Shown piece after piece: positions 1-8,923 of a DNA stretch of 64,000 nucleotides. This DNA comes from an uncultured Candidatus Saccharibacteria bacterium (GTDB lineage Bacteria; Patescibacteriota; WWE3; UBA101185; UBA10185), in assembly GCA_964434935.1 (NCBI GenBank), contig CAYSWS010000002.1:8320-72319 (forward strand). Reading direction: 5' to 3'. How positions within the stretch are numbered: position 1 is the stretch's first letter; each line of letters begins with the position of its first letter. The notes under the pieces are model-generated. The model made no database searches and was not told the origin of the DNA. It saw only the letters and a list, made by a program, of their open reading frames with translations. The position numbers and the translations under genes were made by a program.

Positions 1-2
1 TA

Positions 3-218
3 TTCAACAGGATCATTGGTCGTGCCGTTACGGATAAAAAGTTTGGAGAAAAGTTGTTACACTTTCCAGCTCAAGCGATCCTGGATATGGATGAGAAGAC
101 CGGTCGCACCTTCCAAGACTCTTTAACATATCCGGAGCACGTTTTCCTCATCACCCACCGATGTTCCAGTCTTCAGGAGTTGGCTAAGTTGTTTACAGCC
201 CAGCTTGATAAAAACTAA
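3..218 (+). CDS. 3' end of an upstream gene (C-terminal 71 aa, ...HVFLITHRCSSLQELAKLFTAQLDKN*); function not recognised
   Basis: Frame 3 is open from the window start to the TAA at 216-218 and is followed immediately by a strong terminator hairpin. No family assignment is possible from this fragment. Confidence 0.4.
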   Translation, partial: FNRIIGRAVTDKKFGEKLLHFPAQAILDMDEKTGRTFQDSLTYPEHVFLITHRCSSLQELAKLFTAQLDKN

Positions 219-239
219 TACTCCTTGATGACCAGCCTT

Positions 240-280
240 AAGGCTGAAGCGCACTTTTAGGCTTCAGCCTTTTTCTTTTT
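240..280 (+). terminator. Rho-independent terminator
   Basis: Perfect 11-bp stem AAGGCTGAAGC / GCTTCAGCCTT with a 10-nt loop, followed by TTTCTTTTT, right after the stop of the partial upstream gene. Confidence 0.75.
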
Positions 281-284
281 AAGA

Positions 285-290
285 TATAAT
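285..290 (+). promoter_or_regulatory. Candidate -10 box (TATAAT) 6 nt upstream of the GT4 start codon; possible leaderless transcript
   Basis: An exact TATAAT lies at 285-290 and the ATG is at 297, with no Shine-Dalgarno between them. A -35 element would lie inside the terminator, so this call is weak. Confidence 0.25.
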
Positions 291-296
291 CACCCT

Positions 297-1460
297 ATGA
301 AGATAGGCATCGACGCCAGGTTCTACGGTAAGGCCGGCCCAGGTCGTTACACTAAAAATATAATTCAGCATTTGGAAAAAGTTGACCATAAAAATCATTA
401 CCTCATATTTCTTAGGCAAGATAACTTTAGTATGTTCGAACCTAAGAACAAGAATTTTACCAAAGTGTTGGCCGACCATAGCTGGTATTCTCTAGATGAG
501 CAGACCAGGTTTCTGCTGGCTCTAGTAAAAGAGAAGCTTGATCTTTACTACGTTCCCCACTTTAATATTCCTATTTTATATCCGGGAAAGATAGTTACCG
601 CCATTCCGGACATGACCATGCATACCTACAGCACGGAAAAAGGCACCACGCTTCCCATTTGGTATTTCAGGCTAAAAAAGATCATCTACAAATTTGTTTT
701 CTGGTGGGCAGTGTTTAAGTCATACAAGGTCATTGTGCCTTCCAAGACCGTTCGTCAGGAATTTTTAGAGCACATTAGGGGCTTCGGTGAAAATAAATAT
801 GTTTTGGCTTATGAAGGCGTCGATCCTGATTTCATCGAACATAAAATTGAACCTGAGAGTGTTTTGAAAAAGTATGGCATCGCCAAGAACTTTATTCTCA
901 GCGTGGGCAGCATGTACGAACATAAGAACGTGGAAGGGCTGATCGCCATGTTCAAGATCTTAAAACAAAAATATGGTTATAACGGACAGTTTGTTCTGGT
1001 GAGCAAGAAGGATAAGTTCTCGGAAAGATACTATAAAAGGCTTAAAGATGAAGGTTTGGAAAAGGATATTTTAATGCTGGCCTTTCTGGGGGAAGACACA
1101 GGTTCGGAAATTGTCGTGTCTGATGTGGAGATAACAGCCCTGCGTACTCAAGCGGAAGTTTATGTCATGGCGGCTTTTAAAGAAGGTTTTAGCTTGACGG
1201 CTTTGGAGGGCATGGCCCTAGGGTTACCGGCGGCTTTGTCGGACATTGCTTGTCACCGGGAGGTCTATGGAGATTCCGTACTTTATTTTGACCCTCATAA
1301 TAATGAAGACATGGCCGAGAAGGTTCACACGTTACTTAGCCATGAGGCAACAAGAGAAACTTACATTAAAAGAGGCTACGAACAGGTAAAAAAGTATGAC
1401 TGGCACAAAACGGCTGAGATCACTCTACAAGTGTTTAACCAAGCTTTGGAACAAAGTTAG
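297..1460 (+). CDS. Glycosyltransferase family 4 (GT-B, GT1 superfamily)
   Basis: The C-terminal motif EGFSLTALEGMALGLPAALSDIA is typical of the Glycos_transf_1 domain, with the E-x7-E region. Length 387 aa. Confidence 0.85.
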   Translation: MKIGIDARFYGKAGPGRYTKNIIQHLEKVDHKNHYLIFLRQDNFSMFEPKNKNFTKVLADHSWYSLDEQTRFLLALVKEKLDLYYVPHFNIPILYPGKIVTAIPDMTMHTYSTEKGTTLPIWYFRLKKIIYKFVFWWAVFKSYKVIVPSKTVRQEFLEHIRGFGENKYVLAYEGVDPDFIEHKIEPESVLKKYGIAKNFILSVGSMYEHKNVEGLIAMFKILKQKYGYNGQFVLVSKKDKFSERYYKRLKDEGLEKDILMLAFLGEDTGSEIVVSDVEITALRTQAEVYVMAAFKEGFSLTALEGMALGLPAALSDIACHREVYGDSVLYFDPHNNEDMAEKVHTLLSHEATRETYIKRGYEQVKKYDWHKTAEITLQVFNQALEQS

Positions 1461-2570
1461 CAGCTGTTCGGCAGTATTTTCCCAGGTATATTTCTGAGAG
1501 ATCTCTCTAGCTTTTTTTATATCTTCAGCCGGGCGCTTTTTTGTAAGCGCTTTTTTGATGCCGTCGCGGATGCTGTAGATGCTGTAGGGGTCTACATAGA
1601 TGGGGAATTCCCTGCCCAATTCTCTGAAAGCCGGAATGTCGGAAACAATGGCTGGAGTTTCGCAGGCCATGGCTTCCAATAAAGGTATGCCAAAGCCCTC
1701 CTCTAAGGAGAGGTTGATAAAGTATTCGGCGCCGGAATATAGAATGGGCAGATCAACATCAGGTGTTCGGCCTAGGAACATGACATTGTCCTGCACACCG
1801 TACTTTTTAGGAGCATCCAAGGAATCTTGGTACATCCAGCCCAGCTTGCCGGAAATGAGCAGTTTAGCGTCGCGCAGATCCTTATTTTCTTCCAACGCCA
1901 GACTAAATCCATGCACCATGCGCGGGATGTTCTTTCTGGGCTGGATGGTGGAAACAAAGAAAAGGTATCTTCCGGCACCGATCTTATATTTTTCCCTTAT
2001 CTTATCTATTTCTTCCCGGCCGCGTTTATAATAAGTGTCATTGACACCTTCGGGAACCACCCGCACCTTTTCCTGATCGATGAAAGGCCAGCTCAGGTTG
2101 GAAATAGCTTTTTTAACGGAAACCGAGGGTACGATGACAAGCTTGGAAAACCTCATAACGCGCCACAAGATAAGGGGATGGACAAGATATTTGAAAGAAA
2201 ACTTTTTTAGGTTTCGATTAACTTTATATTCCAAGCCATGGACCATGGATACAAAAACCGTCTTTGGTGGCCGGAAGAGGGGAATGGTATGCACAGCGTT
2301 GAAAAAGACGTCTACCCGGTCTTTAAAAAGCTGTTTGGCCAGGGCCACGTGCGTCCAAGACAACGGGCTGAACACTACTTTATAAGAGAAGTTAGGGTTG
2401 CCCAGACTTAGTTCCTGCCATAATTTCTCCGACGGCTGCCTGTCAAAATAGACAATATATTCGTTAGCCTGATCTATCTTGGCAAATGATCTGAAGGTAT
2501 TGAAAGTGTAGACCTCAGGACCGGCGAGTTTTTCGATCAATAAATGTTGACCGTTCAATCCTATTTTCAC
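1425..2570 (-). CDS. Glycosyltransferase family 4
   Basis: Glycos_transf_1 signature EEGFGIPLLEAMACETPAIVSDIPAFRE. Its 3' end overlaps the preceding GT convergently by 36 nt. Confidence 0.85.
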   Translation of the reverse strand: MKIGLNGQHLLIEKLAGPEVYTFNTFRSFAKIDQANEYIVYFDRQPSEKLWQELSLGNPNFSYKVVFSPLSWTHVALAKQLFKDRVDVFFNAVHTIPLFRPPKTVFVSMVHGLEYKVNRNLKKFSFKYLVHPLILWRVMRFSKLVIVPSVSVKKAISNLSWPFIDQEKVRVVPEGVNDTYYKRGREEIDKIREKYKIGAGRYLFFVSTIQPRKNIPRMVHGFSLALEENKDLRDAKLLISGKLGWMYQDSLDAPKKYGVQDNVMFLGRTPDVDLPILYSGAEYFINLSLEEGFGIPLLEAMACETPAIVSDIPAFRELGREFPIYVDPYSIYSIRDGIKKALTKKRPAEDIKKAREISQKYTWENTAEQLLTLFQSLVKHL

Positions 2571-2613
2571 AACTCAATTTTATCAAAGGCCAAGGTTTTA
2601 GTAGAATGCAATT

Positions 2614-3750
2614 ATGAAGATGGCAATTGTTTGTGACGATCTCATACAGCACGGCGGTCACGAACATATAATCATGGAGTTTTGCCGGCTGTACCCTCAG
2701 GCCACGCTTTTTACTACCATGGCCACCAAAAAGTGGCAGACGATCTGCCGGGAAAACAAGATAGAGCTTAAGACCTCCTTCATGCAGAAGCTGCCTTTTA
2801 AGCGCAGATTAAATAGGTTTTACGCGCCTTTTCTCTTGTACATACTGGCTTTGGAGAGTTTTAGCTTTGACGATTATGACGTAGTGGTTTCTCTGACTTC
2901 GAGGTTTTCTCAAGGAGTGATAACCAAACCGGGCACCTTGCACATTTGTTATTTGAGCACGGTGGGTAGGATGTTTTGGGAACCTCAAGGGTATTTCATG
3001 CACGAAGGATTTGGCCGTTTACCGATCTTCAAAAAACTGGCCCGGACTTTTTTAAGCCTACCCCTTTCTTACATCAGGCTCTGGGACCGAACGGCTTCAC
3101 AGCGACCTGATATTTTCATCACCATTTCCAAGACCTCGCAGGAGAGGATCAGGAAATATTATCAGAGGGAAGCGCAAGTAATATACCCGCCGGTGGATAT
3201 TAGAAAGTATATTCCCGGACCGGCCACTGCCGGCGAGGATTATTTTTTAGTGGCCACCAGGCTGGCGTCGTGGAAGAGAGTGGACATAGCCATAAAAGCT
3301 TGCCTGGAGCAAAATATGAGGTTGAAGATCATGGGAGAAGGTCCGGATAAAAGCAGGTTGGAGAAACTAGCCGGCGGTTCGGATCTGATAAAATTCTTAG
3401 GTTTTGTGTCCGAAGCGGAAAAGATCTCTTATATGCAAAACTGTCAGGCCCTGATCATGACGCAGTTCGAAGATTTTGGGCTGGTGCCCATTGAGGCGGG
3501 TGCCTGTGGTAAGCCAACCATTGCCTTTGCCAAAGGTGGCGTGCTGGAAACCGTCGTAGAGGGCAGGACAGGCATGTTCTATGACGAACAGAACGAGCAT
3601 TCTCTGGGGCAGGTTTTAAAAAAGTTCGAGGCAAAAAAGTACCGGGCAGAAGATTGTCAGGCTCAGGCTAAAAAGTTCAGCTTAGAAGAATTTCAAAGCC
3701 GCATGAGCCGATCCGTATCAGACAACCTTAAAAGCTACAATGCACGTTAG
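2614..3750 (+). CDS. Glycosyltransferase family 4
   Basis: Motif EDFGLVPIEAGACGKPTIAFAKGGVLETV of the GT1 superfamily. 378 aa. Confidence 0.85.
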   Translation: MKMAIVCDDLIQHGGHEHIIMEFCRLYPQATLFTTMATKKWQTICRENKIELKTSFMQKLPFKRRLNRFYAPFLLYILALESFSFDDYDVVVSLTSRFSQGVITKPGTLHICYLSTVGRMFWEPQGYFMHEGFGRLPIFKKLARTFLSLPLSYIRLWDRTASQRPDIFITISKTSQERIRKYYQREAQVIYPPVDIRKYIPGPATAGEDYFLVATRLASWKRVDIAIKACLEQNMRLKIMGEGPDKSRLEKLAGGSDLIKFLGFVSEAEKISYMQNCQALIMTQFEDFGLVPIEAGACGKPTIAFAKGGVLETVVEGRTGMFYDEQNEHSLGQVLKKFEAKKYRAEDCQAQAKKFSLEEFQSRMSRSVSDNLKSYNAR

Positions 3751-3788
3751 CCTTGCTGTAGTGTATACTTTAATTATTAATCTCATAT

Positions 3789-4421
3789 ATGATCTATAAA
3801 GCAGGAAAAAGGATGTTCGACATTGTTGGTTCGCTGGTAGGTATTGTTTTATTTTCCCCGGTCATGTTCTTGGCCGCCCTTTGGATCAAACTCGTCTCTC
3901 CCGAAGGACCGGTCTTTGCCGATATTCCCAAAAGAGTAGGCAAGGACGGTCGAGAGTTTAATATGCTCAAATTCAGGTCCATGATTCCTAACGCTCAGAA
4001 ATGGCTTGAGGACAGACCCGAATGGCTGAAAAAATACCGCGAGAACAGTTACAAGTTGGACCCGGATCCCAGAATGATAAAAGGAGCTAAGTTCATAAGA
4101 AAGACCAGCATTGACGAAATGCCCCAATTCATAAACATCCTTTTAGGGCAAATGAGTCTGGTGGGTCCTAGGGCATACTTTCCTTTTGAACTGAGGGAAC
4201 AAATGTCGAGGTACCCGCAGACGGAAAAATATATAAAAAGGGTGCTGACCATAAAACCGGGCTTGACCGGTCCCTGGCAGGTGGGGGGCAGATCTGAGAT
4301 AGGTTTTGAAGAGAGGATCAAGATGGATGCGGAATATGCCACCAAAAGGTCATTGATCTACGACATATGCATAATAATAAAAACACCCTTGGTGGTTTTG
4401 TTGCAAAAGGGCGCAGTTTGA
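3789..4421 (+). CDS. Polyprenyl-phosphate sugar phosphotransferase (bacterial sugar transferase, WbaP/WcaJ/EpsL-like priming enzyme)
   Basis: N-terminal TM helix followed by the Bac_transf core: KRMFDIVGSLVGIVLFSP...KDGREFNMLKFRSM...PGLTGPWQVGGRSE. At 210 aa it matches the short single-domain priming transferases. Confidence 0.85.
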   Translation: MIYKAGKRMFDIVGSLVGIVLFSPVMFLAALWIKLVSPEGPVFADIPKRVGKDGREFNMLKFRSMIPNAQKWLEDRPEWLKKYRENSYKLDPDPRMIKGAKFIRKTSIDEMPQFINILLGQMSLVGPRAYFPFELREQMSRYPQTEKYIKRVLTIKPGLTGPWQVGGRSEIGFEERIKMDAEYATKRSLIYDICIIIKTPLVVLLQKGAV

Positions 4422-6445
4422 CTATCAGGAAAGGGAATGGTAAATTGCAAAATGTCGATGAAGAACCTACAATTAACTCCTCGGATTTATCACTTTCAAC
4501 CGGCCGCAAGATCCAGGATAATACTATGATTCAGGACAAATTTAGTGCCATTAAAACAAAGAATAAGAAGGGTTTGCTAAAAGGCTTTGGTGTTACAGGT
4601 GTTATTCTGCTGGCTTTGGGTAGCATCCTGCTGCTAATTTCCTACATTTTTGTTATCAGCCCGGCCCTTTCTCTCTATGGACATGTTAATACCTTAAAGA
4701 ACGATTTTTCCTCGATCTCGGAGGATCTCAGAGCTCGTGACCTGGTGGAATTGGAAAAAGCCACGCTGTTGACTGACGAAGATCTGGACGGTCTAAGAGC
4801 CGCCAGAGAAAGCAAGTTCGGTTGGGCCAAGAACATCTCATTTATGCGCATCAATGAGTTTTATAGCGATTCAGAAAGATTTATAAATGCCGGCCATTTG
4901 GGTATGGATGCTTTAAGAGAAACATCACGTATAGTCACGCCTTTTGCTGATGCCGCCGGTTTGCGAGTTTCTGAAGAGGAAGAGGCCGCGAGTGACGACA
5001 CGGGACTTATGGAAGCATTTCAATCCTGGGTTTCCATCATGCCTCAAGTGTCGGAGGAGATGGATGGCGTGCTGGATATACTCACCCGGATCGGCGAAGA
5101 GCTGGCCCCCATCGATACCTCAAAATATCCTGAATCCTTCAGGGGGGTGGCCGTACGAAATAACGTAGAGTTTGCCAAGAACTCCTTGGTTAATGCTAAA
5201 GAATATGGTCCCGACATTAAACGGGCGCTAGTGATCATTCCCGAACTTTTGGGTATCAATAGCGCTGTGGACAAAAGGTACATGGTCATCATGCAAAATG
5301 ATAAGGAAATAAGGCCTACGGGTGGTTTTTGGACCAATTACGCTACTTTCAAGATCAAAGATGGTTTGCTGCAATCGGATTTTACTTCCAAAGATTTTTA
5401 TAGTATCGATTATGCCATAGATGTCATTGATGCTTTTTATGATTTCCCGGACGCCCCGCCTGCCTATACAAAATATCTAAAAGTGGAAAGATGGTTTGCC
5501 AGAGATACCAACAGCTCGCCTGATCTGCCAACCTCCATAGACAACTTCATGTTCTATTACGATCTGGGTATGAAATACGATCCTGTAGACATTAAACCGG
5601 TAGACGGCATCATCACCATCGACACCAGGGTCATCGAAGAATTAATGAGCGTAACCGGTCCGGTTACCGTGAATGGCCTGACATACGATGCCGACAACGT
5701 GGTGCTTGAGCTGGAAAGAATAGCCTCTCTAAGCCAAAGAGAACAGATAAATAGAAAAGGCGTACTGGGAGACCTCATGGAAGCCATGCTCATAAACGTG
5801 TTCGAATCCCGAACCGATGTTTGGAGCAAGTTGATAGACACCTCCGTGGATCTGGCCGTAAGAAAACACATACAAGCGTATATGTTCAACGAAGAGGCAC
5901 AGGCATTATTGGAGAAATACAATTTTGCCGGTAGGATCAAGGACCCCGTAGAAGGTGATTACTCTTACGTGGTGCAAACCAATTTAGGTGGAGACAAAAC
6001 AAACTGGTTTGTCACCAAGGTGGTGGACCATGAATTAGCCAAGGAAGGTGATAGGTGGGTACGCACGGTAAAGATCACTTACACATATGACCAACCGGGG
6101 GAGGAATACGCACCTTTTGTTAAAAGGTTCAGAGATTGGGTGCGAGTGTACACACCTCTAAATACAGAGCTCATTAGTATCAATGGCAGTGAGGATGAAA
6201 CAGGTACCGGAGAAGAGAGAGGAAAGACATACTATCATGCCTATATTGAACTCGGTCCGGGAGAATCAAAAGAGATGACCTTTAGATACTACCTTCCTCA
6301 AGGGGTGATCAAGGACAATAAATATCAATTACTGATCCAAAAACAACCGGGTATAGATTCGGAGGTTCATGTTGTGACTACGCCCAGCAAATCATCTACT
6401 ATTGAGATTAATAAAGATTATACTTTTTCCACCACTTTGAATTAG
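4367..6445 (+). CDS. Large membrane-anchored protein, DUF4012-like, common in polysaccharide loci; an alternative start at 4526 (MIQDKF...) avoids the 55-nt overlap with the upstream gene
   Basis: One TM helix (GVTGVILLALGSILLLISYIFVI) precedes a roughly 600-aa extracytoplasmic domain. The motif VIMQNDKEIRPTGGFWTNYA resembles the QNxAExRxTGGF motif I associate with DUF4012. It sits immediately after the priming sugar transferase. Confidence 0.55.
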   Translation: MHNNKNTLGGFVAKGRSLTIRKGNGKLQNVDEEPTINSSDLSLSTGRKIQDNTMIQDKFSAIKTKNKKGLLKGFGVTGVILLALGSILLLISYIFVISPALSLYGHVNTLKNDFSSISEDLRARDLVELEKATLLTDEDLDGLRAARESKFGWAKNISFMRINEFYSDSERFINAGHLGMDALRETSRIVTPFADAAGLRVSEEEEAASDDTGLMEAFQSWVSIMPQVSEEMDGVLDILTRIGEELAPIDTSKYPESFRGVAVRNNVEFAKNSLVNAKEYGPDIKRALVIIPELLGINSAVDKRYMVIMQNDKEIRPTGGFWTNYATFKIKDGLLQSDFTSKDFYSIDYAIDVIDAFYDFPDAPPAYTKYLKVERWFARDTNSSPDLPTSIDNFMFYYDLGMKYDPVDIKPVDGIITIDTRVIEELMSVTGPVTVNGLTYDADNVVLELERIASLSQREQINRKGVLGDLMEAMLINVFESRTDVWSKLIDTSVDLAVRKHIQAYMFNEEAQALLEKYNFAGRIKDPVEGDYSYVVQTNLGGDKTNWFVTKVVDHELAKEGDRWVRTVKITYTYDQPGEEYAPFVKRFRDWVRVYTPLNTELISINGSEDETGTGEERGKTYYHAYIELGPGESKEMTFRYYLPQGVIKDNKYQLLIQKQPGIDSEVHVVTTPSKSSTIEINKDYTFSTTLN

Positions 6446-6468
6446 CACCATTGTTGTATCATTGACCT

Positions 6469-7047
6469 ATGCAGGGATTTACCACGCAAGCCGTTGTTTT
6501 AAAAAACATCAATTACCAAGATACGGATAAGATATACACATTTCTTTCCCGTGATAAAGGCAAAATAACGGGTATTGCCAAAGGTGTGAGGAAAATAACT
6601 TCCCGACGGAGCGGCAGCCTGGATTCGTTAAATTTGGTACAAGTGCATCTAAACCCTCACCAAAGTGGCCAAAACTACATAACAGAGGTCAAGACCGTAG
6701 AAACTTATAAAAAAGCCAAAGAGAAACTTCCCTTGTCAAAGCAAGGATTTTACATTGCAGAATTGATCAACAAGTTTCTGAGGGAGGATGATGAAGCTCA
6801 GGGTGTTTATGATCTGGTGATAGACATTCTTAAGAGAATAGAAAATGATGGCGAGAACCTAGGCCTGGAAATTAACAAGTTTGAGATCAAGTTATTGGTC
6901 ATGCTGGGCTATCAGCCGGAAAATACTTTTATGAGCAGGTGGAAAGAAGCTGTGGATCGTAAGGAATTTGAGCAAGCAGACAGGCTGATTAAAGGCTTCA
7001 TGCACGAAGTGCTGCAGGAAGATATAAAAAGCTTGGAGCTAGGTTAA
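6469..7047 (+). CDS. recO: DNA repair protein RecO (short form)
   Basis: N-terminal OB-fold region QGFTTQAVVLKNINYQDTDKIYTFLSRDKGKITGIAKGVRKITSRRSGSLDSLNLVQV matches the RecO_N pattern. It is only 192 aa. Confidence 0.7.
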   Translation: MQGFTTQAVVLKNINYQDTDKIYTFLSRDKGKITGIAKGVRKITSRRSGSLDSLNLVQVHLNPHQSGQNYITEVKTVETYKKAKEKLPLSKQGFYIAELINKFLREDDEAQGVYDLVIDILKRIENDGENLGLEINKFEIKLLVMLGYQPENTFMSRWKEAVDRKEFEQADRLIKGFMHEVLQEDIKSLELG

Positions 7048-7071
7048 GAAAGATAGTATACTACAATCAAT

Positions 7072-8424
7072 ATGGCAGCAAACATATCGCAAAAGATCAT
7101 AAGTTTATGCAAAAGGAGAGGCTTTGTCTTTCCCTCCAGTGAGATATATGGCGGTTTTGCCTCCACCTACGACTACGGTCCTTTGGGAGCGCAAATGTTA
7201 AAGAACATCAAGGACTCTTGGTGGGCTTATTTTGTGGAATCCAGAGAAGATGTTTATGGTTTGGATGGGGCTATTTTTTGCCACCCCAAGACCTGGGAAG
7301 CCAGCGGTCACGTGGGTTCCTTTAACGACCCCTTGGTAGAGGACAAGGTGACACACAAAAGATATAGAGCCGATCATTTACTAGAAGAGAAGCTGGGTAT
7401 AGAGACGGCCAAGTTGTCTTTCGAAGAGATGCAAAAACTTTTGGCCAAGCATCAGATCAAAAGTCCTGAGGGCAACGATCTGACAGAGTTAAAATCATTT
7501 AACCTGTTGGTAGAAGCAGAAATGGGAAGTACGGAACAAAATAAAGAAAAAGTATATATGAGAGGGGAAACATGCCAGATAATTTTTCTGCAATATCTAA
7601 ATGTATTAAATTCCATGCGTGCCAAGATACCTTTTGGCATTGCCCAGATCGGCAAATCTTTCAGAAATGAGATCACTACCAAGGACTTTATTTACCGCAC
7701 CAGGGAATTCACACAAATGGAGATGGAATTTTTTATAAATCCCAAGGAAGGAGACAAATGGTATGCATACTGGCAGGAGGAAATGTTGAACTGGACTTCA
7801 AAAGGATTGGGTCTGCCCAGGAACAATTTTAGATATAGAGATATTCCGGAAGAAGAAAAATCACACTATGCCAAGATACAAAAAGATTTTGAATTCAAAT
7901 CACAAAGCGGCAAGTGGTTCGAGCTTTCACCTTTAAATCATAGGGGAGACTGGGATCTAGGAAGTCATCAAAAATACAGCGGTCAGAACTTTATGTATAG
8001 GGACCCCTATTCCAGCGAAGAGTTCTTACCTCAAGTTATTGAGATTTCCATGGGTTTGGACAGGATCTTATATTCGCTGTTGGATAATGCTTATACTGAA
8101 GATGGAGAACGCATTGTTCTTAAGTTGGACAAGAGAATAGCTCCCTACAAAGCTGCCGTTTTTCCCCTATTGAAAAACAAGCCCAAGATGATCAATAAAG
8201 CCAAGCAGATCCATAAAATGCTCATTGACAGCGGCATTAAGGTAGATTGGGATGATAGAGGAAACATTGGTAAAAGATATTTGGCTCAGGATGAGATCGG
8301 CACGCCCAGCTGTATTACGGTGGATTTTCAAACGTTGGATAATGACACCGTAACTATTAGAGACAGGGATACCACAGCTCAGATAAGAGTGGGCATTGAT
8401 GATATAGTGAGCTCGTTAAAATAA
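7072..8424 (+). CDS. glyQS: Glycine--tRNA ligase (dimeric class II GlyQS type)
   Basis: N-terminus KRRGFVFPSSEIYGGFASTYDYGPLGAQMLKNIKDSWW and class II motifs; 450 aa. Confidence 0.9.
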   Translation: MAANISQKIISLCKRRGFVFPSSEIYGGFASTYDYGPLGAQMLKNIKDSWWAYFVESREDVYGLDGAIFCHPKTWEASGHVGSFNDPLVEDKVTHKRYRADHLLEEKLGIETAKLSFEEMQKLLAKHQIKSPEGNDLTELKSFNLLVEAEMGSTEQNKEKVYMRGETCQIIFLQYLNVLNSMRAKIPFGIAQIGKSFRNEITTKDFIYRTREFTQMEMEFFINPKEGDKWYAYWQEEMLNWTSKGLGLPRNNFRYRDIPEEEKSHYAKIQKDFEFKSQSGKWFELSPLNHRGDWDLGSHQKYSGQNFMYRDPYSSEEFLPQVIEISMGLDRILYSLLDNAYTEDGERIVLKLDKRIAPYKAAVFPLLKNKPKMINKAKQIHKMLIDSGIKVDWDDRGNIGKRYLAQDEIGTPSCITVDFQTLDNDTVTIRDRDTTAQIRVGIDDIVSSLK

Positions 8425-8438
8425 TGTTTTAACTTCGT

Positions 8439-8460
8439 TAAAAAAAAGCCTGATCAGGCT
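8439..8460. terminator. Bidirectional intrinsic terminator (perfect 14-bp palindrome AGCCTGATCAGGCT flanked by an A8 run)
   Basis: On the plus strand it reads AAAAAAAAGCCTGATCAGGCT; on the minus strand it reads AGCCTGATCAGGCTTTTTTTT directly after the stop of the minus-strand small ORF. It sits between the convergent glyQS and the 87-aa ORF. Confidence 0.65.
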
Positions 8461-8722
8461 ATGGCCCAACCAGGCTTGCGTTCCCGTTCAAGTGATCTAA
8501 ATACTGTCGAAGAAGTTCATTACTAGTGTCTTTCTTTTCCAGCTTCGTCTCTTCAGACTCTTTACCCCTTTCGTATTTGACTCTCACCAATCTGCGGTCT
8601 GTTCTGAATCCGCAGCAGCACTGTGCGTACAAAATAAGCCTGGTAGTCTTTTTGCCGTTTTGTTTCCTTTCGATTCTCAATGAAAATGTATCGTGGATCT
8701 CTTCAAAAAGACTTGTACTCAT
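8459..8722 (-). CDS. Small hypothetical protein (87 aa, Lys/Glu-rich, CCC triplet)
   Basis: Strong Shine-Dalgarno GGAGGCAGTC precedes the ATG on the minus strand, and the stop overlaps the palindromic terminator. No family recognised. Confidence 0.5.
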   Translation of the reverse strand: MSTSLFEEIHDTFSLRIERKQNGKKTTRLILYAQCCCGFRTDRRLVRVKYERGKESEETKLEKKDTSNELLRQYLDHLNGNASLVGP

Positions 8723-8853
8723 GACTGCCTCCTAACCTATATTTAAAAATCATCATAGGACATTGCCTTTTAAGAAGCAAGGATTAGGCAGTATCGATAG
8801 AGATGTTGATACAGCAACATTTCGGGTTTTATTTGTCTTGACGAACGGATAAT

Positions 8854-8913
8854 AAATGGCGCATTATAGATATAGATTGGTGACAAATGGTGAAAACTGC
8901 CCCTTCACCATTT
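8854..8913 (+). promoter_or_regulatory. Candidate MraZ operator upstream of mraZ: repeated AAATGG(C/T)G boxes (two direct, one inverted)
   Basis: AAATGGCG (8854-8861) and AAATGGTG (8885-8892) are 31 bp apart, and the inverted copy CACCATTT (8904-8913) forms a perfect 10-bp inverted repeat with AAATGGTGAA. A TTGACG -35-like hexamer lies at 8838-8843. MraZ is known to bind direct TGGxx-type repeats in its own promoter. Confidence 0.4.
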
Positions 8914-8923
8914 ACAGACGGTT

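Noticed and set aside
8526-8735. 69-aa plus-strand ORF in the glyQS-mraZ spacer
   Set aside because: It overlaps the minus-strand 87-aa ORF, which has a strong SD and a terminator. The plus-strand ORF lacks an RBS and is Ser/Leu-rich low complexity.
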